From Actinomycetota bacterium (lineage in GTDB: Bacteria; Actinomycetota; Geothermincolia; Fen-727; Anoxymicrobiaceae), in the NCBI GenBank assembly GCA_018831265.1, contig JAHJCO010000056.1, forward strand, positions 70,900 to 134,899: a stretch of DNA of 64,000 nucleotides, given 5' to 3'. Position numbers and translations under genes: made by a program. Shown here piece after piece: positions 18,460 to 27,255 of this stretch. How positions within the stretch are numbered: the stretch's first letter is position 1; each line of letters starts with the position of its first letter. The notes under the pieces were generated by a model. The model did no database searches. It had not been told where the DNA came from and saw nothing but the letters and a program-made list of their open reading frames with translations.

Positions 18460-18557
18460 ATGTAGGTCGGTCAAGTCGTAAGAAGCTTTTCCGCTGTGAA
18501 TGTAGGCCGATCGAGTTGCTAGAAGCCTTTCCTCTGTGAATGTAGGTCGATCGAGTT
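18431..18557. repeat. Tandem repeat, 40-bp period, about 3 copies
   Basis: AGAAGCnTTwCCkCTGTGAATGTAGGyCGrTCrAGT recurring at 18441, 18481 and 18521. Confidence 0.85.
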
Positions 18558-18560
18558 CAA

Positions 18561-18710
18561 CCGTATCGTGGTGCGAGCCGAGTTGAGGCCTGCCTGACCT
18601 GGCTGGTGCGAGCCAATTGAAAGCCTGTCGGACCTGACTAGTGCGAGCCGAAATGATGTCTACTAGACCCGGCTGGTGCGAGCCAAGAGGACGCATAACA
18701 GACCTGGCTG
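18561..18710. repeat. Array with 35-bp period: about 19-bp conserved unit GACCTGGCTGGTGCGAGCC plus 16-bp variable segments
   Basis: GTGCGAGCC at 18571, 18606, 18641, 18676; GACCyGrCT at 18596, 18631, 18666, 18701. Confidence 0.85.
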
Positions 18711-18794
18711 CTGTTGAAGCCCGAACCGGGCTGGTATATGATTTTGTGCGCCTTGTAGCATTGCGCCGCCGTCGAGCGATTCGAAGGGGCCGTC

Positions 18795-20288
18795 TTGAGG
18801 TTCTTCGAAAGAGACCTTCGCATCAAGATAACGGCGATCCTGCTGGTGTTCGTGTTCGTATCGGCGGCCGGTACCGCGGCGATCTCCTACGTATTCATGT
18901 ACCGCATCGTCCGCTCCGACGTCGAGCAGTCACTCGAGGACTCTGCCGGCCTCACCTCGGACGTGGTGGAGGTGCTTCTCGGCCGGCGGGACTCGCGCGT
19001 GACCCTCCTGGCCAACCAGCCCACCATGCGCGACCCGGCCTCGAGCCCGGAGGCGAAGCTCGCGGTCATGGATCTCTTCATGACCTACTGGCCCATCGGA
19101 ATGGGCGCCGTCTTCAGCAATACCGCCGGCGGCATCGTCTGCGGGACCGGCAGGCTATCCAGCCTCGGAGATGCCTCCGAGACCGCCTGGTTCGAGAACG
19201 CCGCCGCCGCAAGGGTCACTTTTGCTCACGTCCACGCCAAGTCCGAGCTGGTGAGCGCGTTCTTCGACTCCCCTGTCCTGGCCGTAAGCTCCCCGGTCCG
19301 CGATGCCAGCGATCAGGTCTTCGGATACGTCATCTGCTTCACCTCGATATCCGACATAGACGTCGCCGTAGACGCCATCTCGGTCGAGCAGACCGGCCAC
19401 GGCTTCATAGTGGACTCCACGGGCATGGTGGTGGCCGGGCACATGTTCGACCGGGGGGCCAAGCCGTCCAGTGCCGACCTCGAGCGCCGCGAGGACCTGG
19501 TAGTGGAGATGAGCACCTCCGACGGCACCTCCACCATCCGCTACGGCGGCAAGTCGTACCTGGTGTCCTACCAGAGGATAGGGTCTACGGTGACGGAGCA
19601 CCCGGAGCTGCGCTGGTCTGTAGGCGTCGCGGTCCCGTCCTCCGAGGCTTTCGAGCCCGTCTACATGATCGCCTGGGTCCTTGTCGGCCTGGCGCTTGTC
19701 TTCAGCCTGTGCGCGGGCCTGGTAGCGGTCATGCTGGGCCGCGGTATCTCCCGTCCGATCGACGAGCTGGTAGAGAACGCCGATCGCGTCGGTTCGGGCG
19801 ACCTCACCGGTGAGGTGGCCATAAGGACCCGGGACCAGATCGGGACGCTGGCCGCCGCGTTCCTGAGGATGCGCGATTACCTGCGCGGTACGCTCTCGGA
19901 GGCCGCGCGCGACTCCGACAGGATGTCGATGCTGGCCGAGGAGCAGTCCGCTGCGGCCCAGGACGTCTTCTCCAACACCGAGGAGATCGTGGACTCGGTG
20001 GTTGTTATGGCCAGGAACCTCGAGGCGCTGACCACCAAGGTCCGCCAGATGTCCGAATACGTGATGTTGATGCCCGAACGGGTGCGCTCCGGAGAGAAGG
20101 TGAAGGACGTGGTACGGCTGCTCGAGGAGAGCGAGATCCTTGCCGAGGTCGGCGCCACCAAGGCGGTGGAGATAGCCGCCGCGGCCCAGGACCAGCGCGC
20201 CGCCACCCGTGACCTCGCCGCCGCCGCCAGGCGCCTGTCAGACCTGTCGGCGGAGCTCAAGAAGATGGTCCAGAGATTCAAGGTCTAA
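18795..20288 (+). CDS. Cache-HAMP chemoreceptor-like protein with a shortened cytoplasmic domain
   Basis: TM1, dCache-like extracellular domain (LAVSSPVRD; GHGFIVDSTG; WSVGVAVP), TM2, HAMP (GDLTGEVAIRTRDQIGTLAAAF), about 130-aa coiled coil ending ELKKMVQRFKV. Confidence 0.75.
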   Translation: MRFFERDLRIKITAILLVFVFVSAAGTAAISYVFMYRIVRSDVEQSLEDSAGLTSDVVEVLLGRRDSRVTLLANQPTMRDPASSPEAKLAVMDLFMTYWPIGMGAVFSNTAGGIVCGTGRLSSLGDASETAWFENAAAARVTFAHVHAKSELVSAFFDSPVLAVSSPVRDASDQVFGYVICFTSISDIDVAVDAISVEQTGHGFIVDSTGMVVAGHMFDRGAKPSSADLERREDLVVEMSTSDGTSTIRYGGKSYLVSYQRIGSTVTEHPELRWSVGVAVPSSEAFEPVYMIAWVLVGLALVFSLCAGLVAVMLGRGISRPIDELVENADRVGSGDLTGEVAIRTRDQIGTLAAAFLRMRDYLRGTLSEAARDSDRMSMLAEEQSAAAQDVFSNTEEIVDSVVVMARNLEALTTKVRQMSEYVMLMPERVRSGEKVKDVVRLLEESEILAEVGATKAVEIAAAAQDQRAATRDLAAAARRLSDLSAELKKMVQRFKV

Positions 20289-20293
20289 TAGAC

Positions 20294-20487
20294 GGGGTCA
20301 AACCTGACGATTTTGTCGTTCCCGCGAAGCAGGGAATGCAAAATCTCAGGTTTGACCCCGGTGTTCGAAACAGGGAATGCAAAATCTCAGGTTTGACCCC
20401 GGTGTTACAGCGTTATCATTCTTTGAGGCTTATCGATTTCCCACCGCGAAGCAGGGAATGCAAAATCTCAGGTTTGACCCCGGTGTT
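20294..20487. repeat. Cluster of 36-bp REP-like repeats: three direct copies (20330-20365, 20371-20406, 20452-20487) and one degenerate inverted copy (20294-20323)
   Basis: CAGGGAATGCAAAATCTCAGGTTTGACCCCGGTGTT x3 identical; inverted GGGGTCAAACCTGACGATTTTGTCGTTCCC; between convergent genes. Confidence 0.88.
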
Positions 20488-20502
20488 ATGAAGCGTTAAG
20501 GC

Positions 20503-21018
20503 CTACAGAACCGTTCTTCCATGGTAGATGGAGGTCACCTCGACCTCTCCGTTGGAGGTGTTGAACCGGACCGTCCTGCCGTAGTTGCCGCCCGTGTCCT
20601 CCCCCACCAGAGGGATCTTGAGCCTGGCCAGCTCGCTCTTCACCGCGCCCACGTTGCGGGCCCCGATGTGTGAAGCCGACTCCGGCGGCTTGGCGAACTT
20701 ATCCAGCTTGTGGGACCCCGGCACCTCGAACATCTGCGCACCACCCACGATCTTGCACTTGACCCCGTTGGACCGCGCTCCCATCTTCACCATCTCGGCC
20801 AGCAGGCGCTCGACCGCGGCGTCGGCGAACTTGCCCGGTGCGCTCTCGGACTCCTTGCCGCGGCTCTCTGGCAGCATGACGTGGGCGAGGCCGCCGATTC
20901 TCTTCAGGGAATCGAACATGGTCACCGCCACGCAGGAGCCCAGCCCGAAGCTTGCCAGCACGAGTGAGTTGTCACTGACCTTGAGCTCGGCGACCCCTAC
21001 GCTCACCACCTCACTCAA
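20503..21018 (-). CDS. cheD: Chemoreceptor glutamine deamidase CheD
   Basis: LGSCVAV, GGLAHVMLP, KFAD, KIVGGAQMF, IGARN, EDTGGNYGR. Confidence 0.95.
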   Translation of the reverse strand: MSEVVSVGVAELKVSDNSLVLASFGLGSCVAVTMFDSLKRIGGLAHVMLPESRGKESESAPGKFADAAVERLLAEMVKMGARSNGVKCKIVGGAQMFEVPGSHKLDKFAKPPESASHIGARNVGAVKSELARLKIPLVGEDTGGNYGRTVRFNTSNGEVEVTSIYHGRTVL

Positions 21019-21640
21019 ACGGCACCCCCAGGCGCTCCAGTATGGTGGCCAGCATCCCCAGGTCGGGGAAGAGTATCAAGTGGCCCAGTATCTTCACACC
21101 CGAGACCATGAAGTCTGTCTCGACCACGAGCACGTAGTCCTCCGTGGAGGCCAGGTCGACCAGCACGTGATCGATGATCGCCCCGGCCATGTCCATGGCG
21201 AACCCGGGTACGGAGGGCTTGAACAGGAGACCAGTCAGCTGCCCCAGCGCCATGAGGTACGCCCCGGACAGTATGCTGCCGGTCTCCTGCAACGCGGAGC
21301 GCTTCACAACGTCAAGCTCGGGGACGGCGCGTGCCTCGCCGGGGACCATCAGGGTGGCCAGTGAGGAGGCGCTCTCCTTCTCCAGCAGGAGCAGGATGCT
21401 GCCCGAGCAGTCACCCGCGATGCTCAGGTACACCCCGGCAACGGTGGTCTCGGGCCCTCCGACCAGGCCGGGCACCCCCACCAGCGGCACCAGGCTCGCC
21501 TTCGGTACCGACAGGTCCACCTTCTTGTCGACCATCTGGGACAGCGCGATCGCCGCGTTGCCGGCTCCTATGTTGCCCACCTCGCGAAGGGCGTCGATCT
21601 GCATCGCGCTCAGCTGCCGTGGGGTCGGTTCAACCGTCAT
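21011..21640 (-). CDS. cheC: CheY-P phosphatase CheC
   Basis: DALREVGNIGAGNAAIALS, SALQETGSILSGAYL, PGFAMDMAGAI. Confidence 0.93.
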   Translation of the reverse strand: MTVEPTPRQLSAMQIDALREVGNIGAGNAAIALSQMVDKKVDLSVPKASLVPLVGVPGLVGGPETTVAGVYLSIAGDCSGSILLLLEKESASSLATLMVPGEARAVPELDVVKRSALQETGSILSGAYLMALGQLTGLLFKPSVPGFAMDMAGAIIDHVLVDLASTEDYVLVVETDFMVSGVKILGHLILFPDLGMLATILERLGVPFE

Positions 21641-21664
21641 CTACGATCCTCTCTTGCCCGGCTC

Positions 21665-23782
21665 TCACATGAGGCTCGGTATATCCAGTATCAGCGCCAC
21701 CCTCCCGCTCCCCAGGATGGTCGCTCCCGCGAAGCCCTCGACGCGCTTCAGGAACTTGTCCAGGGTGCTGATGACTATCTCCTGCTGACCGATGAGCGAG
21801 TGCACTCCGATGGCTATGAGCCTGGGTCCGATCTCGGTGATCACGACCGGGAACGGCTCGGTCCCGTTGAGGACGTGCTCGCACTGCAGCGCCCCATCCA
21901 GCCGGAGGAGAGGGATGGTCTCGTCCCTCAAGAAGATGGCCTCGGCATTCCGCACCGTCTTTATGTCCTCGGGGTTTATCACGTGCGTCTCGCGCACCGT
22001 CCCCAGGGGTACGGCGTACGTCTCGGAGGAGACCTCGACCATCAGGGCCTGCACGATGGCCAGGGTGAGGGGTAGCTTGAGGGTGGTCCGGGTGCCACGA
22101 CCGGGCTCCGAGTCGATTATCACGAAGCCGCCCAGCGCCTCGGTCTTGGATTTCACGGCGTCCATTCCCACCCCGCGGCCCGAGACGCCGCTCACCTTTT
22201 CGCTGGTGGAGAACCCCGGCATGCACACGACCCTCAGGACGTCGTCGGCGCCCAGCGCGCGCCTCTCGTCCTCTGTCACCAGGCCCCTGGCCAGGGCGCG
22301 ATCGAACACCCTCTCCGGATCGATTCCCTCGCCGTCGTCCTCGACCTCGATCGCGACGTAGTTCCGGTCCCGGTAGGCGGCCAGCCGGACGGTCCCGCGG
22401 GACGGCTTTCCCTGCACGCGCCTCCTCTCGGGGGAGGCTATGCCGTGGTCCACCGCGTTGCGGATCATGTGGATCAGCGGGTCGGATATCTCGTCCAGGA
22501 TGGTCCTGTCGAGCTCGATCTCCTTACCCTCCACGACGAAGTCGACCTCTTTGCCGTCGGCGCGCGCGAGGTCCCGGACCATGCGGGGGAAGCGGTTGAA
22601 GACGTGTTCCACCGGGACCATGCGCGTCTTCATAACCTCGTCCTGGAGCTCGGCGGTGAGCCTGGAGGTCTGGTCGAGCGCTTCCCTGAGCTCGGCGATC
22701 TCGAACCCGGATGCTATCTGTGCCAGCCTGGTGCGGTTGATGACCAGCTCGCCCACCAGGTTCATCAGGGTGTCCAGCCGCGCGATGTTGACCCTCACGC
22801 TCTGAGTCTTGCGGGCCACCGTCATCTGGCTCTGGTCCGACGGGCGCGAGACCCTGCCCGACGATTCTCCAGCAGCCTGTGTTTCCTCGGGCTCCACCAG
22901 GGTCTCGACCTCGATGCCGCTTATCTCCGCGATCGCGAGTATGGCCCTCTCCACCCTCTCGGAGCCCTCGTGGGTGGCCAGCCCCACCTGGAAGGTCGTC
23001 TCGAACTTCTCATCCTCCAGCGCCTCCACCGGCGGGGCGCTGCCCAGCACCTCACCGAGCTGGGCGAGCTTCTTGAAGACCATGAACACCCGCACCGACT
23101 TGAGCAGGCACTCCGAGTCCAGCTGCACGGTGAGCCTCATCACCCTCATGCCCGGGATGGCGGCGAACTTCTGCCGCTCGGCCTCGTCTATCTCCAGGAC
23201 CGGGGGCGGGGCGGGTGGCTCACGCTCCGGCTCAGGGGGCTCGGCCGGCTCGGCACGAGCTTCCGGGCGCTCGGGCGCCGGCTCGGGTGATGGCTCGGGT
23301 TCGGGTGATGGCTCGGGTTCGGGTGATGGGCCGGCGGCGACCGGCTCCCGGGCGCGCTCGGGCACCACGATAGGCTCGGCCTCGGGACCCAGCCCGGCGC
23401 CGTTTACGATGGCCCGGATGTCGGAGACCAGCCCCGAGTAGTCGATCTGGCCGGGGCGGTCCTCGGCGATGGCGTTTATTATCGCGCCCAGCGTGTCGAA
23501 GCAGGAGAAGAGCGTGTCGACGATCCCCGAGGTCACCGGGGTGTCACCGGTCCGCAGGTGCTCCAGCAGGTTCTCCATCTCGTGGGCGAGCTCGGTCAGC
23601 TGATCGTAGCCCATGGTGGCCGACATGCCCTTCAGCGTGTGCGCGCTGCGGAAGATCTCGGTCACCACCTCCAGGTTGGCCGGATCGCTCTCAAGCTGGA
23701 GCAGGAACTTGTTTAGCGAGTCCAGGTGCTCCTGGGCCTCGGTGATGAACAGATCCTTGTACTGGGAGATGTCCATCTCCAT
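21665..23782 (-). CDS. cheA: Chemotaxis histidine kinase CheA (P1-P2-dimerisation-HATPase-P5)
   Basis: FRSAHTLKGMS (Hpt), P2 domain, LMNLVGELVI, HMIRNAVDHGI, GRGVGMDAVK, LPLTLAI, ATILGSG; start set at ATG 23782. Confidence 0.96.
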   Translation of the reverse strand: MEMDISQYKDLFITEAQEHLDSLNKFLLQLESDPANLEVVTEIFRSAHTLKGMSATMGYDQLTELAHEMENLLEHLRTGDTPVTSGIVDTLFSCFDTLGAIINAIAEDRPGQIDYSGLVSDIRAIVNGAGLGPEAEPIVVPERAREPVAAGPSPEPEPSPEPEPSPEPAPERPEARAEPAEPPEPEREPPAPPPVLEIDEAERQKFAAIPGMRVMRLTVQLDSECLLKSVRVFMVFKKLAQLGEVLGSAPPVEALEDEKFETTFQVGLATHEGSERVERAILAIAEISGIEVETLVEPEETQAAGESSGRVSRPSDQSQMTVARKTQSVRVNIARLDTLMNLVGELVINRTRLAQIASGFEIAELREALDQTSRLTAELQDEVMKTRMVPVEHVFNRFPRMVRDLARADGKEVDFVVEGKEIELDRTILDEISDPLIHMIRNAVDHGIASPERRRVQGKPSRGTVRLAAYRDRNYVAIEVEDDGEGIDPERVFDRALARGLVTEDERRALGADDVLRVVCMPGFSTSEKVSGVSGRGVGMDAVKSKTEALGGFVIIDSEPGRGTRTTLKLPLTLAIVQALMVEVSSETYAVPLGTVRETHVINPEDIKTVRNAEAIFLRDETIPLLRLDGALQCEHVLNGTEPFPVVITEIGPRLIAIGVHSLIGQQEIVISTLDKFLKRVEGFAGATILGSGRVALILDIPSLM

Positions 23783-23808
23783 ATGGGTATACCCCTGTTG
23801 AGTATCGG

Positions 23809-24867
23809 TCAAACCCGGGCCGCTATGGCCTCCGCTATCCTGTCGATCGGAAGTATCTCGGTGACCAGCCTGCGCTCGATGGCCGCCTTCGGCATCCCGA
23901 AGACGAGGCAGGTCTCCTCGTTCTGGGCTATGGTGTACCCTCCCGCGTCCCTGATCATGCCCAGACCCATCGCCCCGTCCGAACCCATCCCGGAAAGCAG
24001 GACCCCAACCGCGCGTGCGCCGAAGACCTGGGCCGCGCTCTCCATGGTGACATCGATGACCGGGCTCGCGCCGTGCCTGGCCACGGTCGGCAGCAGTCTG
24101 GCGGTCACCCTTCCCGCCGCCGACCTCTCTACCACCATGTCGTGGCCCCCCGGGACCACCAGCGCCCGCCCCTCTACCAGCTCCTCCCCCTCCTCCGCCT
24201 CCCGGACCTCGACCCTGGACCGCGAGTTCAGCCTCTCGGCGAACGATCCAGTGAAAGGCTCCGGCATGTGCTGCACGACCACCATGGTGGCCTGCAGGTC
24301 CTCGGGGAGCGCCGGCACCACCTCGGCCAGGGCCCTGGGGCCGCCGGCCGAGGCCCCCATCACCACCAGGCTGCCCCCCGCCGCCTCCTTGCGCGGTTTC
24401 ACCTTCCTGGGGGCCTTCGCCTTCCTCGCCCGCTCCCAGACCTCTCGAGCCCTGGAGCCGGCGGCGGCTTTGATCTTGGCCAGGACGTCCTCGCGGATCT
24501 CGCTCACGGACGTCGGGAACTGGCTCGGCTTGGCGATGAAGTCGACCGCGCCGAGCTCGAGGGCCCTCAGGGTCGGCGCGGCGCCCTGCTTGACCAGGGC
24601 CGAGAGCATCACCACCGGGCGGGGCGACTTCTTCATGATGTACTCGAGGGCCTGCAACCCGTCCATCTCCGGCATGTGGATGTCCATGGTAATGACGTCG
24701 GGGTCGAGCTCCTGGGTGAGCTTGATGGCCTCCACCCCGTCGCGGGCGATGCCGGCCACCTCCAGCTCATCGTCCTGGCCGATCATGTCGGTGAGAAGCT
24801 GTCGCACCAGCGCCGAGTCATCGACTATGAGTACGGTTATCTTCTTGTGCTTCTTCTTGTCTGCCAT
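23809..24867 (-). CDS. cheB: Chemotaxis methylesterase CheB (REC + esterase)
   Basis: VDDSALVR receiver, GASAGG catalytic Ser motif, VQHMP, LSGMGSDGA, FGMP. Confidence 0.96.
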   Translation of the reverse strand: MADKKKHKKITVLIVDDSALVRQLLTDMIGQDDELEVAGIARDGVEAIKLTQELDPDVITMDIHMPEMDGLQALEYIMKKSPRPVVMLSALVKQGAAPTLRALELGAVDFIAKPSQFPTSVSEIREDVLAKIKAAAGSRAREVWERARKAKAPRKVKPRKEAAGGSLVVMGASAGGPRALAEVVPALPEDLQATMVVVQHMPEPFTGSFAERLNSRSRVEVREAEEGEELVEGRALVVPGGHDMVVERSAAGRVTARLLPTVARHGASPVIDVTMESAAQVFGARAVGVLLSGMGSDGAMGLGMIRDAGGYTIAQNEETCLVFGMPKAAIERRLVTEILPIDRIAEAIAARV

Positions 24868-24895
24868 GGTCTCTTCGGTCCCGCCCCGTCTCTTG

Positions 24896-25267
24896 TCACT
24901 CCTCGTCGTGGAGCGCCTTCCTCACGGCCTCCACGACCTTGGCCGGCTGGAACGGCTTGATGATGAAGTCCTTTGCCCCCGCTTCGAGCGCCTCGACCAC
25001 CAGCGGCTGCTGTCCCATGGCGCTGCACATCAGCACGCGCGCGCCCGGGTCGAGCTTCATGATGTTGCGCACGGCCTCGATGCCGTCCATCTCGGGCATG
25101 ACGATGTCCATGGTGACCAGGTCAGGGCGCAGCTCGGCATACTTCTTCACCGCCTCCACCCCGTTCTCCGCCTCCCCCACGATATCGAACCCGTCCTTGG
25201 AGAGGATGTCCTTGATCATCATCCTCATGAACAGCGCGTCATCGACAATCAGAACGGTCGGGGCCAT
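24896..25267 (-). CDS. cheY: Chemotaxis response regulator CheY
   Basis: IVDDALFMRMMIK, TMDIVMPEMDG, MCSAMGQ, FIIKPFQ (Bacillota/Thermotoga-type CheY). Confidence 0.93.
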   Translation of the reverse strand: MAPTVLIVDDALFMRMMIKDILSKDGFDIVGEAENGVEAVKKYAELRPDLVTMDIVMPEMDGIEAVRNIMKLDPGARVLMCSAMGQQPLVVEALEAGAKDFIIKPFQPAKVVEAVRKALHDEE

Positions 25268-25319
25268 CGTCTATTTCCTCCCTTTTCCGCTTGGGCGTAC
25301 TCCAAGCCGGTTGCGCATT

Positions 25320-25826
25320 CTACTCGCCGGCCTCCGTCTCGCCGGCCTCAAGATCAATCTCGCCCACTTCACCGCGCTCCTCGTCGGTGAGCACCCTGTC
25401 CACGTCCAGGAGTATCAGCAACCGGTCACCCAGCTTCACCACTCCCCTGATGAACGACGTCTCAACCTCGCTCGAGGCCAGGGCCGGGGAGGACTCTATG
25501 TCCTCCCTGTCTATGTTGATGACCTCGGGCGAATCGACTATCAGGCCGACCTTGACGTCCTGGGCTTCGACCACCACTATCCTGGTAGCGCTCCCCCTCT
25601 CGGGCGCCTCGATGCCCAGGCGGTCGGCCAGGTCGACCACCGCTATTATCTGGCCGCGAAGATTGATGATCCCCTCGACGAAATGCGGAGCCCGCGGCAT
25701 GCGCGTGATGTCCACCATGGAGATGACGCCCTCGACCTTCTTGACATCGACCCCGAACTCCTCCCGGCCGACCTTGAAGGCCACCAGCTGCATCTCCCGT
25801 TCCACCGCGAAGCCTTTATCGTCCAT
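25320..25826 (-). CDS. cheW: Chemotaxis coupling protein CheW
   Basis: LVAFKVGREEFG, GIINLRGQI, GLIVD, LLILLDVDRVL. Confidence 0.95.
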   Translation of the reverse strand: MDDKGFAVEREMQLVAFKVGREEFGVDVKKVEGVISMVDITRMPRAPHFVEGIINLRGQIIAVVDLADRLGIEAPERGSATRIVVVEAQDVKVGLIVDSPEVINIDREDIESSPALASSEVETSFIRGVVKLGDRLLILLDVDRVLTDEERGEVGEIDLEAGETEAGE

Positions 25827-25842
25827 CGCTCCTCCCGCGCGG

Positions 25843-27174
25843 CTAGTGCGTCCTTATCCCTTCTATGAGCGCCCGCAGCCTGTCCGCGGTCTCGGCCAGC
25901 TCCGCCGCTGCGGCGCTTATCTGCTCCATGGATGCGGTCTGCTCCTCTATGGACGCCGACACCTCCTCGGTGCTGGAGGCCGACTCCTCCGATATGCTGG
26001 CAACGGTGCTGATGATCTCGACCACCTTGTTCGAGCCCTCGGCGATGCTGTCCGTCGCCTGGCTGATGGCGTGGGTCTCCGCCCCGATGGTCTCCACCGC
26101 GTCCTTGATCCTGCTCAGCGCTGTACCCGCGTTGCCGACCACGGAGGCTCCTTCGTCCGCCTCCTGGCTGCTGTTCTCCATGAGCACTACTGTGTCGCTT
26201 ATCGTCCGCTGTATCTCCCGGATTATCCCGGCGATGCGGTTGGCGGCCCGGGCCGACTCCTCGGCTAGCTTGCGGACCTCCTCGGCGACCACCGCGAAGC
26301 CCTTGCCGTGCTCCCCGGCACGGGCCGCCTCGATAGCCGCGTTCAGCGCCAGTAGGTTTGTCTGGTCTGCGATGCCGGTGATGACATCAACGATGAGGCC
26401 TATCTGCTCCGAGCGTTCCCCCAGGTCGCGGACCGCCACCGAAGAGGACCGGGTGGTCTCGACCAGGCGACCCATCTTGTCCACGGCGTTGCTGACGGCG
26501 TTGCCGCCGTCCTCCACGGTCACCCTTGCCTCCAGGCTGTACTTGGCCACCTCGCGCGCCGCCTCGGCGACCCGGTCGATCTCCTCGGCCATCTGACTGA
26601 TGGTCGAGGAGGCGATCATCATGGAGTTGACCTGGTCCTCCGCTCCGTGGGCGAGGTTGGAGACCGTGGAGGCGGTGCTCTGCACCGCATCCGAGGTCTC
26701 CTTTGCGACCGAGGCCATCAGCCCGGATGACCCGGCCACCTCCTGGGACACCGCGTGCATCTCGTCCACGAGGGTGCGCATCGAGGACAGCATCTTGTTC
26801 AGGGCCTGGCTGATAGGCAGCAGCTCTGATCGCTCGCCTATCTCCACGTCCTCGCTGAAGTCGTGCACGACCATCTTCCGGCTGAACAGCTCGAGGCGCT
26901 CCAGCGGCCGGACGTACATCGCCACCGCGGCATAGCCCGCGAAGATGAGCGCGAGCACACCCGCCGCCAGGCCCAGTCCCAAGCCGGCGAGCCAGATGCC
27001 GACCGTCTTGTCATCGACCAGGATCGCCACGAAGGCGAGCCCGGATACGGCCGCGGCCGGCAGCGCGAACAGCGCCGTACGGAGTATGAACCTCCTGCTC
27101 ATCGGCAGGCCGCGCCACCAGGCCGCCAGCCTGCCGGTCTCCCGCCTCTCGGTGCGTTTCTCGGCGTTCTTCAC
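25843..27174 (-). CDS. Methyl-accepting chemotaxis protein with two TMs and almost no extracellular domain
   Basis: Hairpin tip [42 protein letters not shown]; start inferred at GTG 27174 (ORF track 27252). Confidence 0.92.
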   Translation of the reverse strand: MKNAEKRTERRETGRLAAWWRGLPMSRRFILRTALFALPAAAVSGLAFVAILVDDKTVGIWLAGLGLGLAAGVLALIFAGYAAVAMYVRPLERLELFSRKMVVHDFSEDVEIGERSELLPISQALNKMLSSMRTLVDEMHAVSQEVAGSSGLMASVAKETSDAVQSTASTVSNLAHGAEDQVNSMMIASSTISQMAEEIDRVAEAAREVAKYSLEARVTVEDGGNAVSNAVDKMGRLVETTRSSSVAVRDLGERSEQIGLIVDVITGIADQTNLLALNAAIEAARAGEHGKGFAVVAEEVRKLAEESARAANRIAGIIREIQRTISDTVVLMENSSQEADEGASVVGNAGTALSRIKDAVETIGAETHAISQATDSIAEGSNKVVEIISTVASISEESASSTEEVSASIEEQTASMEQISAAAAELAETADRLRALIEGIRTH

Positions 27175-27255
27175 TCCCTGGTCTCCCGCCTCCCGTGCGG
27201 CTCTCCGCCGCGCTTTACATTCCGTTCTTCTCCGCGCTCGAGAACGGGGCACTAT

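Noticed and set aside
18561-18710. CRISPR or TIGR-type guide array call for the 35-bp array
   Set aside because: Repeats of 19 bp and spacers of 16 bp are too short for CRISPR, the variable parts resemble each other, and no cas or Nop-domain effector gene is adjacent; kept only as an unexplained array
20330-20487. CRISPR array from three identical 36-bp repeats
   Set aside because: Gaps are 5 and 45 bp, an inverted copy is present and there are no cas genes; behaves like a REP cluster
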